A stretch of 64,000 nt of DNA. Origin: Candidatus Cloacimonadales bacterium (GTDB taxonomy: Bacteria; Cloacimonadota; Cloacimonadia; Cloacimonadales; JAFGVF01). The notes beneath the pieces were generated by a model. It saw nothing but the letters and a program-made list of their open reading frames with translations, was not told the origin of the DNA and ran no database searches. The stretch is taken from assembly GCA_963677495.2 (NCBI GenBank), contig CAXXOU010000003.1:288001-352000 (forward strand). The letters are read 5' to 3'. Both the position numbers and the translations under genes were made by a program. This document shows positions 51,234-61,106 of this stretch, piece by piece. How positions within the stretch are numbered: the first letter of the stretch is position 1; each line of letters starts with the position of its first letter.

Positions 51234-54182
51234 CTACCTCCTTAAGTAATCTATTCGTTTATGTTTCGGCCACTCTATATCTCTATTCTTTAGATGTTTA
51301 TCAAAGAATGCTTTTATGAGTTGGAGTTGAATCTGCATCTCCTCTATTTTATTGTTTCTCAGAAAGTTGTCATCTGTAAAAGAATCATGCCTAAAACCCT
51401 TCAATGAAAGAGCAGTAACATCTTTATTCTTTTCAGAGATAAAAGAGCTATATCTTAGGTATCTATTGCCATGTGAATTGCTAGAGATAAACATAAATGG
51501 TTTGTCTAAAATGTTCATATGTAGAGTACCTAATTGAAAACCATCAAGGTTGATTCCAGCTTTTATATCTTTTGAAGCTAACAATGTCTCACCGGCAACA
51601 GCACCTCCAACTGAGTGCCCCATTATACCAATTCTACTCATATCAAAATTACTAGTTATTCCTAAGTTACGGGATTTCATAATATTTATCAATCTAATTA
51701 CTGAAAGGCAATCTTCTTTCCAGAGTCTTATAGTTTCATTATGAAGAGGAGTGAGCTGAAGTAGTTCATCATAAGCTTTCTTCAACTCACCAGCTTCATC
51801 AGAGTTCAGAATTATATCTTGAAGTTCGTTAATTCTTTTTCCGTTCAACTCATTTTTATGATCTTGATAGAACAAACCCTTTGGATTTTGCATCTCTGTA
51901 TTGTTATCTCTTAAAACAACAGCACTTTCATTAATATGGTTGAGACTGATAACTATGTATCCATGACTTGCCAGTTCCTCAAAAGCTATCTGATATACTG
52001 ATGAATAACCACTATATCCATGGTTGTAGATTATAACCGGAAATGGTCCTTCAGCCATACTTGGAGCTTTATAAGAGTTTGTCTTCATATGGGCTGTGTA
52101 GCTGTTCAGAAACTTAGGCCAACTTAAGAATTCAGCAGCTTTTGATGCTACATCTTCAGTATTATATGTAGTCAGTTCATGATCTGTTACTATTGCCGGA
52201 TACCAAACTTCACATGATTGTTCACGACTGTTTCCGGACTCAATTCCATTAAAGTCCAATAGATCTCTTCCGACATGATAACTCCCTGATGGTTTGGGCA
52301 TTTCCGGTATCTTACTCATGTTATCACCGAAAATAAATTCCTTAATTTTTAAACTTTCACCAGCTTGAATCCGAACTTTAAAAGGTATATTTTCATCTTT
52401 ATCATACTCTGTATATTCACATTTTCCACTAACAGAGTAAAATAAATCATTCTTATCAATTGATTCAATACAATAATCTATGATCTCTACATCACCCTTT
52501 TGATAGAAAACCTTGAAGAACTCCTCTATCGCTTCAACACCAAATATGGGAAACATATCCGGAAAACTGAGTATTGCGTCTGCCGAGAAATATTTAGTTG
52601 CTGTAAAATCTTCAGTATCCTCTTTAAAGCTATGCAAAAACTGCTCTATTGTAGCTATCTCTTTCCTGATTGCCATCACTTTATTATCTAACAGATCATC
52701 TGTCTGAATAGATTGAGCCTTTGAATAGTTATTCTCTGCATTTATCAAGTCACCATTAATTAGATATGCTTCAGCTAGACTGTCATATACATTTGCAGAT
52801 TCAGGATATTCATCAACATTGAGCTTAAAAAGCTTTATAGCATTTTTCGGTTCACCCTCTTTAAGCATTTGATAACCCAAGTTATTTAACTCATTCTCGT
52901 TAAGAATGAACATCTTTTTTGCTGGGTGATTACTCAGTTTCTTATAAAATTCTAATGCTTTATCAATTGATCTCATCTTGATTATATCATACAAATATAC
53001 ACCAACTGATGTTGGTTTTCTTTTATCATGTGGGATGTATTGCTCCCATTCCCATGGAGTATATATATCACCGATGATATATTCAAGCAGGTATTTGAAT
53101 ATCATTTCAGCATTATCACTATTAGACATTATAACTATCCCAATCTTTTTCTCAGGGAAAGCGATAGTGTAGTTTTGGTAACCACTGTCATGTCCCTCTT
53201 TAAAGAAGGCATGGCTAACTGGAGTTTTCAGTAATCCGGCTCCCAGTCCGTAGGATAAGTCTAAATGTTCATCTCTATCTGTAGTTTCATTATTCAATGT
53301 AGGAAACTGATGTCTGGAGTTTATTGATATTTGCTTTTGAAACATCTCTTCATATATGCTATTATGTCGATTGTGCTGTTTTATCAAGTATTGGATGAAC
53401 TTCGAGTAATCATTAATGGTCGTAAGAAGAGAACCACCTGCTGAAGCTAGTTCCCTTACACGATATTCATTTGTCCCTCCTACTACATCATGACCAAAGG
53501 CTAGATGGTTCTCGAACCTTTGCTGACTTATATAGCTGGTGTTAGACATCTCCAGTTTATCAAAAATCAGTTCTTTTGCCAGTTTTTCCAGACCTTTCCC
53601 TGTAATATGTTCAACTACCTGCTGCAGAAGAAATATCCCCTCTCCTGAGTAGGCATATCTTTCACCCGGAGTAAAGTAAAACCTGAGTTTCTGACCTTCA
53701 GTAAAAGTTCTGGAATTCGGGAAACCGGTCGTATGACTAAGACAATGTCTAGCTGTGAGTAATTGCCATTCTTTGTTCAATTTATTAACCGGATATATAT
53801 CATAATATGGTACTGGATTGCTTAAGTATTTATACAAAGGTGTATCCAAATCTATAATGTTCATATCAACAAGTTGCATTACAATTGAAGCAAAGAGAAG
53901 TTTGCTAAAAGATGCACCGGACATAATGCTGTCTTCATGTAAAAGATCACTTTTCTCAGCATTACCATACCCAAAGCATTTTGTGTAAGCTGAGTCATCA
54001 TTAATTACAGATAAAGCTAGACCGACTACACCTGCTGCTTCCATTTGCTCAATAACAAACTTATCTACTTGTTCTGTTTTAACTGTTGTATTGTCCAATC
54101 TACGTATGGTTTTCATTGCATTACTCCCATTTAATAAATAGCAAAAGAGACATGTTAACAGAAGAGTTGCGTGACGTTTCAT
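51234..54182 (-). CDS. Multidomain exported hydrolase: beta-lactamase-family serine hydrolase + TPR + NTF2-like + alpha/beta (PAF-AH-like) hydrolase
   Basis: SFSK (SxxK), LSHTTG, YSG; ELNNLGY...NVYDSLAEAY (TPR); FPVIIYNHG, GHSVGG, INLDG, HDSFTD. Confidence 0.82.
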   Translation of the reverse strand: MKRHATLLLTCLFCYLLNGSNAMKTIRRLDNTTVKTEQVDKFVIEQMEAAGVVGLALSVINDDSAYTKCFGYGNAEKSDLLHEDSIMSGASFSKLLFASIVMQLVDMNIIDLDTPLYKYLSNPVPYYDIYPVNKLNKEWQLLTARHCLSHTTGFPNSRTFTEGQKLRFYFTPGERYAYSGEGIFLLQQVVEHITGKGLEKLAKELIFDKLEMSNTSYISQQRFENHLAFGHDVVGGTNEYRVRELASAGGSLLTTINDYSKFIQYLIKQHNRHNSIYEEMFQKQISINSRHQFPTLNNETTDRDEHLDLSYGLGAGLLKTPVSHAFFKEGHDSGYQNYTIAFPEKKIGIVIMSNSDNAEMIFKYLLEYIIGDIYTPWEWEQYIPHDKRKPTSVGVYLYDIIKMRSIDKALEFYKKLSNHPAKKMFILNENELNNLGYQMLKEGEPKNAIKLFKLNVDEYPESANVYDSLAEAYLINGDLINAENNYSKAQSIQTDDLLDNKVMAIRKEIATIEQFLHSFKEDTEDFTATKYFSADAILSFPDMFPIFGVEAIEEFFKVFYQKGDVEIIDYCIESIDKNDLFYSVSGKCEYTEYDKDENIPFKVRIQAGESLKIKEFIFGDNMSKIPEMPKPSGSYHVGRDLLDFNGIESGNSREQSCEVWYPAIVTDHELTTYNTEDVASKAAEFLSWPKFLNSYTAHMKTNSYKAPSMAEGPFPVIIYNHGYSGYSSVYQIAFEELASHGYIVISLNHINESAVVLRDNNTEMQNPKGLFYQDHKNELNGKRINELQDIILNSDEAGELKKAYDELLQLTPLHNETIRLWKEDCLSVIRLINIMKSRNLGITSNFDMSRIGIMGHSVGGAVAGETLLASKDIKAGINLDGFQLGTLHMNILDKPFMFISSNSHGNRYLRYSSFISEKNKDVTALSLKGFRHDSFTDDNFLRNNKIEEMQIQLQLIKAFFDKHLKNRDIEWPKHKRIDYLRR

Positions 54183-54811
54183 TAGATATTGTTCAGCATC
54201 ATTTTAAGATGCATCTCAAAATAGTTATCTGCTTCTTCAACAGACATTGTCTTCGCTACAAAAGTTATTTGGAAAAGGAAGTTTATAAGACCTCTAGTTG
54301 TAGACATAATGTACCCTAGTTGATAGTTCTTATCTTCCATGGTTGAGAAATCTCCCTGCTCCGACCCCTTGTAGAGTTCAAGTTTAAGAATATCAGCATT
54401 CTGCTTGAAAGATTTCTCATATCTTTCATAGAGCTCTTCTGTTAAACTTGGAATTATATATCTGTAGAGAAGGAAATCGTAATGATATGTCATCATGAAC
54501 ATGGCAAAATCTTTCTTAACATAGTTATAATACTCAAGCAAGTAATTGTAGATCCTCTCTTTCGGAGTTGAGCCTTTATCGAACTCATTGTTACAGCTTT
54601 TTAATCTTTTTAGATCATGCGTTCTGATTACAACATAAAGCAGTTCATTCTTACTTTTGAAATAGTGATATAGTGTTGATTTTCCAAAATCTGCTTCCTT
54701 CCCAACCTGGCTTAGAGAGACGTTCTCGAAACCATATTTGATAAACATTCTCTTCGCTGCAGTGACTATTTTCGCTCTTCTTTGTTCAAACTCTTTTTCT
54801 ACTCTATTCAT
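54182..54811 (-). CDS. TetR/AcrR family transcriptional regulator
   Basis: IVTAAKRMF..YGF..VSL..V.KEADFGKSTLYHYFKSKNEL. Confidence 0.92.
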   Translation of the reverse strand: MNRVEKEFEQRRAKIVTAAKRMFIKYGFENVSLSQVGKEADFGKSTLYHYFKSKNELLYVVIRTHDLKRLKSCNNEFDKGSTPKERIYNYLLEYYNYVKKDFAMFMMTYHYDFLLYRYIIPSLTEELYERYEKSFKQNADILKLELYKGSEQGDFSTMEDKNYQLGYIMSTTRGLINFLFQITFVAKTMSVEEADNYFEMHLKMMLNNI

Positions 54812-54985
54812 TTAAACCTCTATACTAATTTTCGACCATTGGTCTAACATTTATTATCTTGTGTTGCATGTCAATATAATTTTGTATTTAGGGTATTGTC
54901 TTTGATACTTACTGTTAGTTTCATATTAAGTTTTGGCTTGACATATAACTTTGAAAACTAATAATTTGTGGCATTAGGAGGTACT

Positions 54986-55807
54986 ATGAAAAACATTAAG
55001 TACATTATATTTGTATTAGTTGCCTGTCTTTTTATTGCAGGATGTGGCTCTAGTGAAGGGAATGGAGGAGCAACCGGACCGGTTAATCAAATCAACAACT
55101 CAGACTTCACAATAGACATTGATACCGGAGATAGAGGGACTTATATAGATATCGCTGTTTATAGTGATATTGTTGATTATGATTATGAAGGTGGTTATAA
55201 TCATAAGTTCACATTCAATGGTGAAGATATGAGCGAGCATCTTACATGGTCAAGCCCTAACTGGGCAGAATACTTTTATCCGGGCACACTGAATCCGGGT
55301 GATGAAGTTGATGTGAGTTATGAGTTAGAGCTTTTTGACAGTAAAGGACTAACCTATTCAAAAGTAGTTACAGGCACAATTATGATGGCCTATTTAGCTG
55401 CATGGATTCTACCTGAAATGCCAATCACTATTGATAGTATGATAGTATTTGCCTGGACTATGATTGCTAGTAATCAATTACAATATGTCTTGGCTTCTTC
55501 TTATGGATGGAGTTATAAAGATGATTACGGAATTGATGAATTTACGAAGGTAATCGATAATGATTTGCGGGAATATACATTCCCTGCTAATTGCGTAGAC
55601 GACTTATCATCTGAGTATCAATTTGTAGACCTTTTCTATAGTGTCGAAACTCTAAACTACTACCTCGATAATGATCTTGCTATTATTAACTCATCCATGG
55701 GCTCTGTCTCAAATGACCTTGTTGGAAAAGATACACCTAGACCAAATCGTGATATAAGAAGAGAAAGAATGAGTATGTTAGTTAAGATGATAGCTGATAA
55801 TGAGTAG
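54986..55807 (+). CDS. Hypothetical lipoprotein
   Basis: AGGAGG RBS, ATG 54986; lipobox FIAGC; acidic body. Confidence 0.75.
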   Translation: MKNIKYIIFVLVACLFIAGCGSSEGNGGATGPVNQINNSDFTIDIDTGDRGTYIDIAVYSDIVDYDYEGGYNHKFTFNGEDMSEHLTWSSPNWAEYFYPGTLNPGDEVDVSYELELFDSKGLTYSKVVTGTIMMAYLAAWILPEMPITIDSMIVFAWTMIASNQLQYVLASSYGWSYKDDYGIDEFTKVIDNDLREYTFPANCVDDLSSEYQFVDLFYSVETLNYYLDNDLAIINSSMGSVSNDLVGKDTPRPNRDIRRERMSMLVKMIADNE

Positions 55808-55828
55808 TTTCTAACATAATAAGTTAAT

Positions 55829-55857
55829 GGCTGCTGATATTTCAGCAGCCTTTTTTT
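55829..55857 (+). terminator. Intrinsic terminator
   Basis: ggctgctga / tcagcagcc stem followed by T7. Confidence 0.8.
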
Positions 55858-55875
55858 GTAACCAAAGTATGTAAT

Positions 55876-56877
55876 CTATGACTCAAAATGTTTAGAGAAA
55901 TCGTAACCAAGATATGGAACCCTGTTCAATATCTTCTCATCTCTCCCCTGCATATAACTCTTACACCAAGGATTTGCAGCAATCTCCTCTTCAGTGAAAC
56001 TCATATGAAGCACAGTAAATAACTCTACTTCGCGAAGCTTGAGGAATAGTGGTATCTTCTCAATCCAATAGTTGCTTATCTTGTTTTCTTTTCTATATCC
56101 TCTTAGGAAGTTGGTCATTATGTACGAAGCAAAGTCATTAGTAGTCATATCTTTATATCTGCTCATGACACTATAAAATACAACAATAGAAATATCACTA
56201 ATGAAGTGCATATATTTCAAATCATCGAAATCGAAGAGGGAAAGTTTACCATTATTAACAAAAATATTACCAAAATGAGCATCGGAATGAATTAACCCAA
56301 AACCATCTTCATCCTTTGGAAGACTCTTAACTTCTGCTATAATACTTTGGACCTCTCGAAGTACATCCTTCTTCTCTTCAGGTATATTACATAATAATGG
56401 CTCAATATCATCAAACCATTGTTTTCTGGTAATCTCAGTATTTGAGAAGGAGAATGATTTAGTTAGTCGATGCATTTTACCTATCATCTCACCTAGTTGC
56501 TCATATATTTCAGTACTCCTATCCTCAAATCTCAAATGTTGCCCTTCAAGCATCTTAAAAACAGTTGTAATGAAGTAGGAATCATTTACGTGAAACACTT
56601 CTACTAAATTCCCGTTTGGTGAAGGATAGGCCGGAGCTACAGACAAACCATTACCAGCCAGATAGTTTACAAACTCCAATTCTGCCATTATTTCATTTGT
56701 TGACCTATGCAAACTATGAGTAATCCTTAGTATTAAATCCTGTTCTTCCTGCTTAACTCTGTAGATGAAACTCTCAAATCCACCAAGCTTAGTAAGATCT
56801 TCTCTCTTGAAGTTGTAAGATTGGATTATTCTTTCTAACACATCTTCAGTAAACTGCTTTCTACTTTCTAGAATCAT
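55876..56877 (-). CDS. APH / homoserine-kinase-type-II family phosphotransferase
   Basis: ILRITH, GLIHSDAHFGNI, FDFDD. Confidence 0.88.
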   Translation of the reverse strand: MILESRKQFTEDVLERIIQSYNFKREDLTKLGGFESFIYRVKQEEQDLILRITHSLHRSTNEIMAELEFVNYLAGNGLSVAPAYPSPNGNLVEVFHVNDSYFITTVFKMLEGQHLRFEDRSTEIYEQLGEMIGKMHRLTKSFSFSNTEITRKQWFDDIEPLLCNIPEEKKDVLREVQSIIAEVKSLPKDEDGFGLIHSDAHFGNIFVNNGKLSLFDFDDLKYMHFISDISIVVFYSVMSRYKDMTTNDFASYIMTNFLRGYRKENKISNYWIEKIPLFLKLREVELFTVLHMSFTEEEIAANPWCKSYMQGRDEKILNRVPYLGYDFSKHFES

Positions 56878-56911
56878 AAGAACTCCTTTTAAAAGAATAA
56901 GTGATTACTCC

Positions 56912-57220
56912 CTAAATCACTACATCCACAGCTTTCATCAGCACCTTAATTCCTGCATCAAGGGCATCCTTAATCGCTTTCTTCTTCATGATACTAAGGT
57001 TTTGCATCTCGGATTCCAAAACTAAGGCATTATCTTCCATAACACTTTTGAACTCATCAGCATCAATCTCACCATTCTTCAGGAAAGTCGTGGCTTCTTC
57101 AATAGCTTCCTTATTATTCTCAACATACTGTTTAAGTAAGTTATAAGCTTCAGTTGCATTCTCACCTAACGATACCTTCATCGCCGAAAGCATATCACTA
57201 AATATTTTATCAAAATCCAT
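56912..57220 (-). CDS. Hypothetical helical protein
   Basis: AGGAG RBS before ATG 57220 (MDFDKIF); directly downstream of the lipoprotein gene. Confidence 0.7.
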   Translation of the reverse strand: MDFDKIFSDMLSAMKVSLGENATEAYNLLKQYVENNKEAIEEATTFLKNGEIDADEFKSVMEDNALVLESEMQNLSIMKKKAIKDALDAGIKVLMKAVDVVI

Positions 57221-57233
57221 AGTAGCTCCTCTG

Positions 57234-57656
57234 TTATTGCTTAAGCTTCTCACCCGTTGCAATTGCTGCGATACTCCGTTTTATTACCTTACTATTCAAC
57301 TTAATCATGGCATCACTATATTTATCCTTCTCTTTGTGGGTGCTTTTGTATTTAACCCACAAGCTCAAGAGATTCTCTGTCTGCTTAATCGACTCCTCAT
57401 TGTTCGTTCGCATTTGGTTCATCAGAAGCAATGTCTCGATTTCTACTTGGATATGATTATAAGCATCAGCAGATTTGTGATACTGCCTATCTGAAGCAGG
57501 TTGATCCGAAAGATTAAAATAAAACAAATTAACCATCTTAGATATCTCAATAATCTTATCAGCTGTCCTTTGATCATAATCCGCTAATCTGCTGTATGAG
57601 CAGGAACATAGTAGTATTGCTATTACTAAGAATCCTAAAAGTTTTGTTTTATGCAT
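57234..57656 (-). CDS. Hypothetical lipoprotein
   Basis: Lipobox LLCSC; ends E.LK. Confidence 0.72.
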   Translation of the reverse strand: MHKTKLLGFLVIAILLCSCSYSRLADYDQRTADKIIEISKMVNLFYFNLSDQPASDRQYHKSADAYNHIQVEIETLLLMNQMRTNNEESIKQTENLLSLWVKYKSTHKEKDKYSDAMIKLNSKVIKRSIAAIATGEKLKQ

Positions 57657-57841
57657 GGTGGCTCCAGTATTATGTTAATGAATCAAAATCCATTAATACA
57701 TAGATAGCTTATCTATGTCAATTATTCGATAGATATATTATGTATCATACGTTTCGCTTAATCTTTTTTTGAATATGTTTTACTTAAAAAAACTTGTAAT
57801 TTTTGATGAAAATCCCCGAGTTTGTTGAAGAGTCTTACTGA

Positions 57842-58020
57842 CGCCACTACAGGCCTTTGTGTTGGAGGGATCCTTTAACCCCACGCTCACGCATGGGGCT
57901 ATTAAACAGGAGCTCCTTCAGAGCTAAATATCTTAGCCATGAAATGGCGTAGGCTCAATAGCCACATGCTTTGGCATGTGGTAAATTAATTGTTTAGTCT
58001 CAGCCCTATAGGGGCGAAAG
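57842..58020. repeat. Multi-hairpin repeat related to the tnpA end repeats
   Basis: ccccacg..catggggctatt, agctc..gagct, aatagccacatg..catgtgg, gccctataggggcgaa. Confidence 0.6.
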
Positions 58021-58065
58021 AGAAAACTATATATCAGTAAATCTTTACTATAAGCAATGCACACT

Positions 58066-58207
58066 CATTCCCCTATCACAATAAGTACCAGAAATGTGTC
58101 AAATCCTACCCCGTCACAAGAAACTCACTTGGCCTTCGACCCAGGGGAGCCCCAAGAGACTCCCAGGAATCAGGCAATCAATTCTCAGTAATTATGATGG
58201 GGAAATG
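58066..58207. repeat. 142-bp imperfect palindrome with terminal inverted repeats and 11-bp-period units
   Basis: Ends cattcccctatcacaat / attatgatggggaaatg; cacttgg (58126) | ccagggg, ccaagag, ccaggaa (58141, 58152, 58163). Confidence 0.65.
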
Positions 58208-58275
58208 ATATAGCGTAACTGCTTTAGAACAGATATCGGTTATCTGCCTTGTTTTGTTATAAAAATCCTACTCTC

Positions 58276-58360
58276 AACCACGCAAAATCAACACCCTAAC
58301 CACGCCCAAACCACGGTAGCCGTGGTTTACCCGTCGTTTACCCGTGGTCAACCCGTGGTC
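58276..58360. repeat. Dyad-symmetric array of 11-bp-period repeats (core AACCACG/CGTGGT)
   Basis: Units at 58276,(58287),58298,58309 | 58321,58332,58343,58354; same geometry as 8886..8970. Confidence 0.78.
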
Positions 58361-58484
58361 GGGAATAAGAGATTCGTTAGACGCTCGGGTTTGAATTATT
58401 CAAATTATGGGATATGAACCATTATTTACTTTGAGACATGCAAAAATCATAATGATTAGATTCCATATATCATTAGATATTAGA

Positions 58485-59708
58485 CTACTTATGCGACACA
58501 ACATTAAATGGTATCCTCATCCAATCATCAATCAAGACAAAATCTTTCGCTTTCTTATCCCATTTTACTCGTTTTATCTCTAATGTATGGAGTCCCGGAA
58601 AAAGAGATTCAGTTGAGATGTATGTGGTTAGAAGTTCCTGCTTATAACTACTGTTTTTGGTTAACAACCACTCATCATTGTTTATTGGTTGGTCGTCTAT
58701 ATATACCCTATAGAGGGCTGTTTGGTCAACAGATTCTATGTCAACATCCGGTCTTATGATTGCAAACTTATCAGGATTGTTAGTAATCTCTCTCAAAAGG
58801 ATTCTATCGCTTTTGTAAGTACTTATATAGAGTTCCAGGTCACTGTTCGTAACATCATATGAGTTCAGTGCTGCACGCTGAATTCTAAGCTCATCGCTCT
58901 TCTTATCAAGATAGTTGTTCTGGTTAATAGATACTAAACCTGTCTTTGGCTTTTTAGTTACATCATTTGCATCAAACTTGAACTTATTGATGTTGGAATA
59001 TGACAATGGCACGACTAACATTGCAAATCCGAGAAGAAGTAGTATCTGAGTTTTCTTGGGGATATTGGTAGTAAATGTATTAAGCAGGTTATTTACAAGA
59101 GATTGAGAACCATTAAGCCCCGGTTTCTTACTCCTTGATCGCTGAAACCAAACAAATATAGCTGATAAACACAAGACCAATGCAACTTGAACTATTCGGG
59201 TCATTTGCGTGTCTAAGTTGAAGTTGTAGAGAAGCATAAAACAGATGATAAGAATAGAATAAAGTGCGATAATATTTATCAGAAATAAGATAATCGTGAA
59301 TGCGAAAGAGAAGATTAAGCTACATACTTTCTCCACCTCAATAACCAGATCAATCGGCTTCTTGAAGTCACTGTCCCGTAGCTCCTTCTTCAAATTCTCC
59401 TTCCTCACTCCGTTCGGGAACACATAGCTCAATCCAACCAAACCAGCCCAAAGTCCTCGAAGCACTAAGTGGCCTGTGAAAAGCACCTGAAGTGAGGTAA
59501 CGATAAAGGTCATCAATCCATATTGCACAGTAGAGAGAATGACATTTGCACCCAAATCCTGAATCAGCATCGCAGTGAAATTGTATATATACTTTGGAAG
59601 TAGGAAGAAGAAAGCAATGGAGAATCCTGATATGATTATCTCCGGTTCCCAGCTATTGTTCTGTATTTTTGTCAGCCAATCCGGTGTTTTGTTTTCTTGT
59701 GAAGTCAT
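58485..59708 (-). CDS. Hypothetical multi-pass membrane protein
   Basis: WL..IQ..SWEPEIIISG, HLVLRGLWAGLVGLSYVFP.G; about 5 TMs plus a soluble C-terminal domain. Confidence 0.75.
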   Translation of the reverse strand: MTSQENKTPDWLTKIQNNSWEPEIIISGFSIAFFFLLPKYIYNFTAMLIQDLGANVILSTVQYGLMTFIVTSLQVLFTGHLVLRGLWAGLVGLSYVFPNGVRKENLKKELRDSDFKKPIDLVIEVEKVCSLIFSFAFTIILFLINIIALYSILIICFMLLYNFNLDTQMTRIVQVALVLCLSAIFVWFQRSRSKKPGLNGSQSLVNNLLNTFTTNIPKKTQILLLLGFAMLVVPLSYSNINKFKFDANDVTKKPKTGLVSINQNNYLDKKSDELRIQRAALNSYDVTNSDLELYISTYKSDRILLREITNNPDKFAIIRPDVDIESVDQTALYRVYIDDQPINNDEWLLTKNSSYKQELLTTYISTESLFPGLHTLEIKRVKWDKKAKDFVLIDDWMRIPFNVVSHK

Positions 59709-59783
59709 TTTACCCCCGATTAGAAGCAATTAGTGTATAGAGATTTATGTTGTCAAATGGAAAGTTTTGCTTTTCAGGTAGAG

Positions 59784-60893
59784 TTCAACCCATATAGGGC
59801 TGTTTGGTTAATGTATAACTGGCACCCCAGGTCATTCGACCTGGGCTATTCACCTTAAGCCCTTAAACGGGCTTTCCTTGCCATAAAACTGACTTTTTTA
59901 TGATGATTTTATTGTTCTGATTAATCATACAAGGAAATATTAATTACTTGCAAAGATATATGTATCATGACAATATAGCATTGATTACCTGTCCGTTTAG
60001 GACAGAATGTGAATAGCCATGTGGCGTTAGCCCATGGTAAAAAATACAAAATGATTTCACAGCCCAATATGGGCTGAATTTGAGGTACCTATGTCAACAT
60101 TTACAAGAATATTTTTCCATATCGTATTCAGTACAAAAGGTAGAATGCGTACTCTCCACAATCAATATAGGGAGAAATTGTTAGGATATATTTGTGGAGT
60201 TTTGAGAAACAAAAAATCACATGTTTATAGAATCAATATGGTCGAAGACCATATACATATCTTGTGCTCTATCCATCGATCAGAAAGTATTGCTGATATC
60301 GTGAAATTGATAAAAAATTCTACCTCAACTATGATAAAACGAGAAGGCATTCTTCCTGACTTTCACGGTTGGCAGAATGGATATGGTGCATTTACTGTTG
60401 AGTGGGGAAGCAAGGATAAGTTGATTGAATACATCAAAGATCAACCGGAACATCATAAAATTGTAGATTTTAAGACAGAGCTTAAAAAGATATTGGATGA
60501 ATGTGGTATTGAGTATAAGGATGCATATATTGAATGATTCAGCCCATATAGGGCTGTTTGGTTAATGGGTAACTGCTACCCCGGGTCATTCGACCTGGGG
60601 CTATTCACCTTAAGCCCTTAAACGGGCTTTTTTTGCCTCAAAACTGATTCGATTAATTTAAGGTTTTGATTATTCATGCAGGGAGACAATTTTTACTTGC
60701 AAAGATATACGTATCATGATAATATAGCATGAATTATCTGTCCGATAAGGACAGAATGTGAATAGCCATGGGCGTTCAAGCCCATGGTCAAATGTAAAAT
60801 GAATTCGCAGCCCTATATGGGCGAATTTGAAGTAACTGCTACCCCAGATCATTCGATCAGGGGCTATTCACGAGTATAGCTCTCAAAGAGCTA
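59784..60893 (+). mobile_element. IS200/IS605-type (Y1 HUH) element with tandem hairpin end-repeats, including an empty tnpA-less unit
   Basis: R(59784-59875), L(59989-60078), tnpA, R(60538-60630), L(60738-60825), partial R(60832-60893); ~300-bp direct repeat 59784-60083 vs 60538-60830; GTGAATAGCC/GGCTATTCAC inverted cores. Confidence 0.8.
60091..60537 (+). CDS. tnpA: IS200/IS605 family Y1 transposase
   Basis: HIVFSTKGR, HUH motif DHIH, WQNGYGAFTV, catalytic Tyr in YIKDQPEHH. Confidence 0.93.
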   Translation: MSTFTRIFFHIVFSTKGRMRTLHNQYREKLLGYICGVLRNKKSHVYRINMVEDHIHILCSIHRSESIADIVKLIKNSTSTMIKREGILPDFHGWQNGYGAFTVEWGSKDKLIEYIKDQPEHHKIVDFKTELKKILDECGIEYKDAYIE

Positions 60894-60930
60894 TGTGCAA
60901 GAGAGGGCTCATGCACTACATTTATCATCT

Positions 60931-61073
60931 CATCCCTCTGCTACAATCGTAATCACTTATCAAGGAGACACCTATTGAAACCCTATTGAAATGTTGTTAA
61001 TGATTAATAGGTTTGGGACTCGTGTTTAAGTGGTTGAAGATAGCTGAAAGTTAATAATTGTAACAGAGCAATG
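60931..61073. repeat. 143-bp imperfect palindrome with terminal inverted repeats and 11-bp-period units
   Basis: Ends catccctctgctacaat / attgtaacagagcaatg; cctattg, cctattg, gttgtta (60971, 60982, 60993) | taatagg (61005); shares gagacacctattgaa with 21025-21039. Confidence 0.7.
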
Positions 61074-61106
61074 ACGTTGACTCTATATTGCCTTTACATG
61101 GTTCTA

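Noticed and set aside
59784..60893. CRISPR array
   Set aside because: Repeats alternate in orientation, are ~90 bp multi-hairpin units, the spacer is itself duplicated, and there are no cas genes; they flank a Y1 transposase
60538..61100. tnpB/IscB or an omega-RNA locus next to tnpA
   Set aside because: No RuvC-like ORF follows tnpA; its stop codon directly abuts the right-end hairpin
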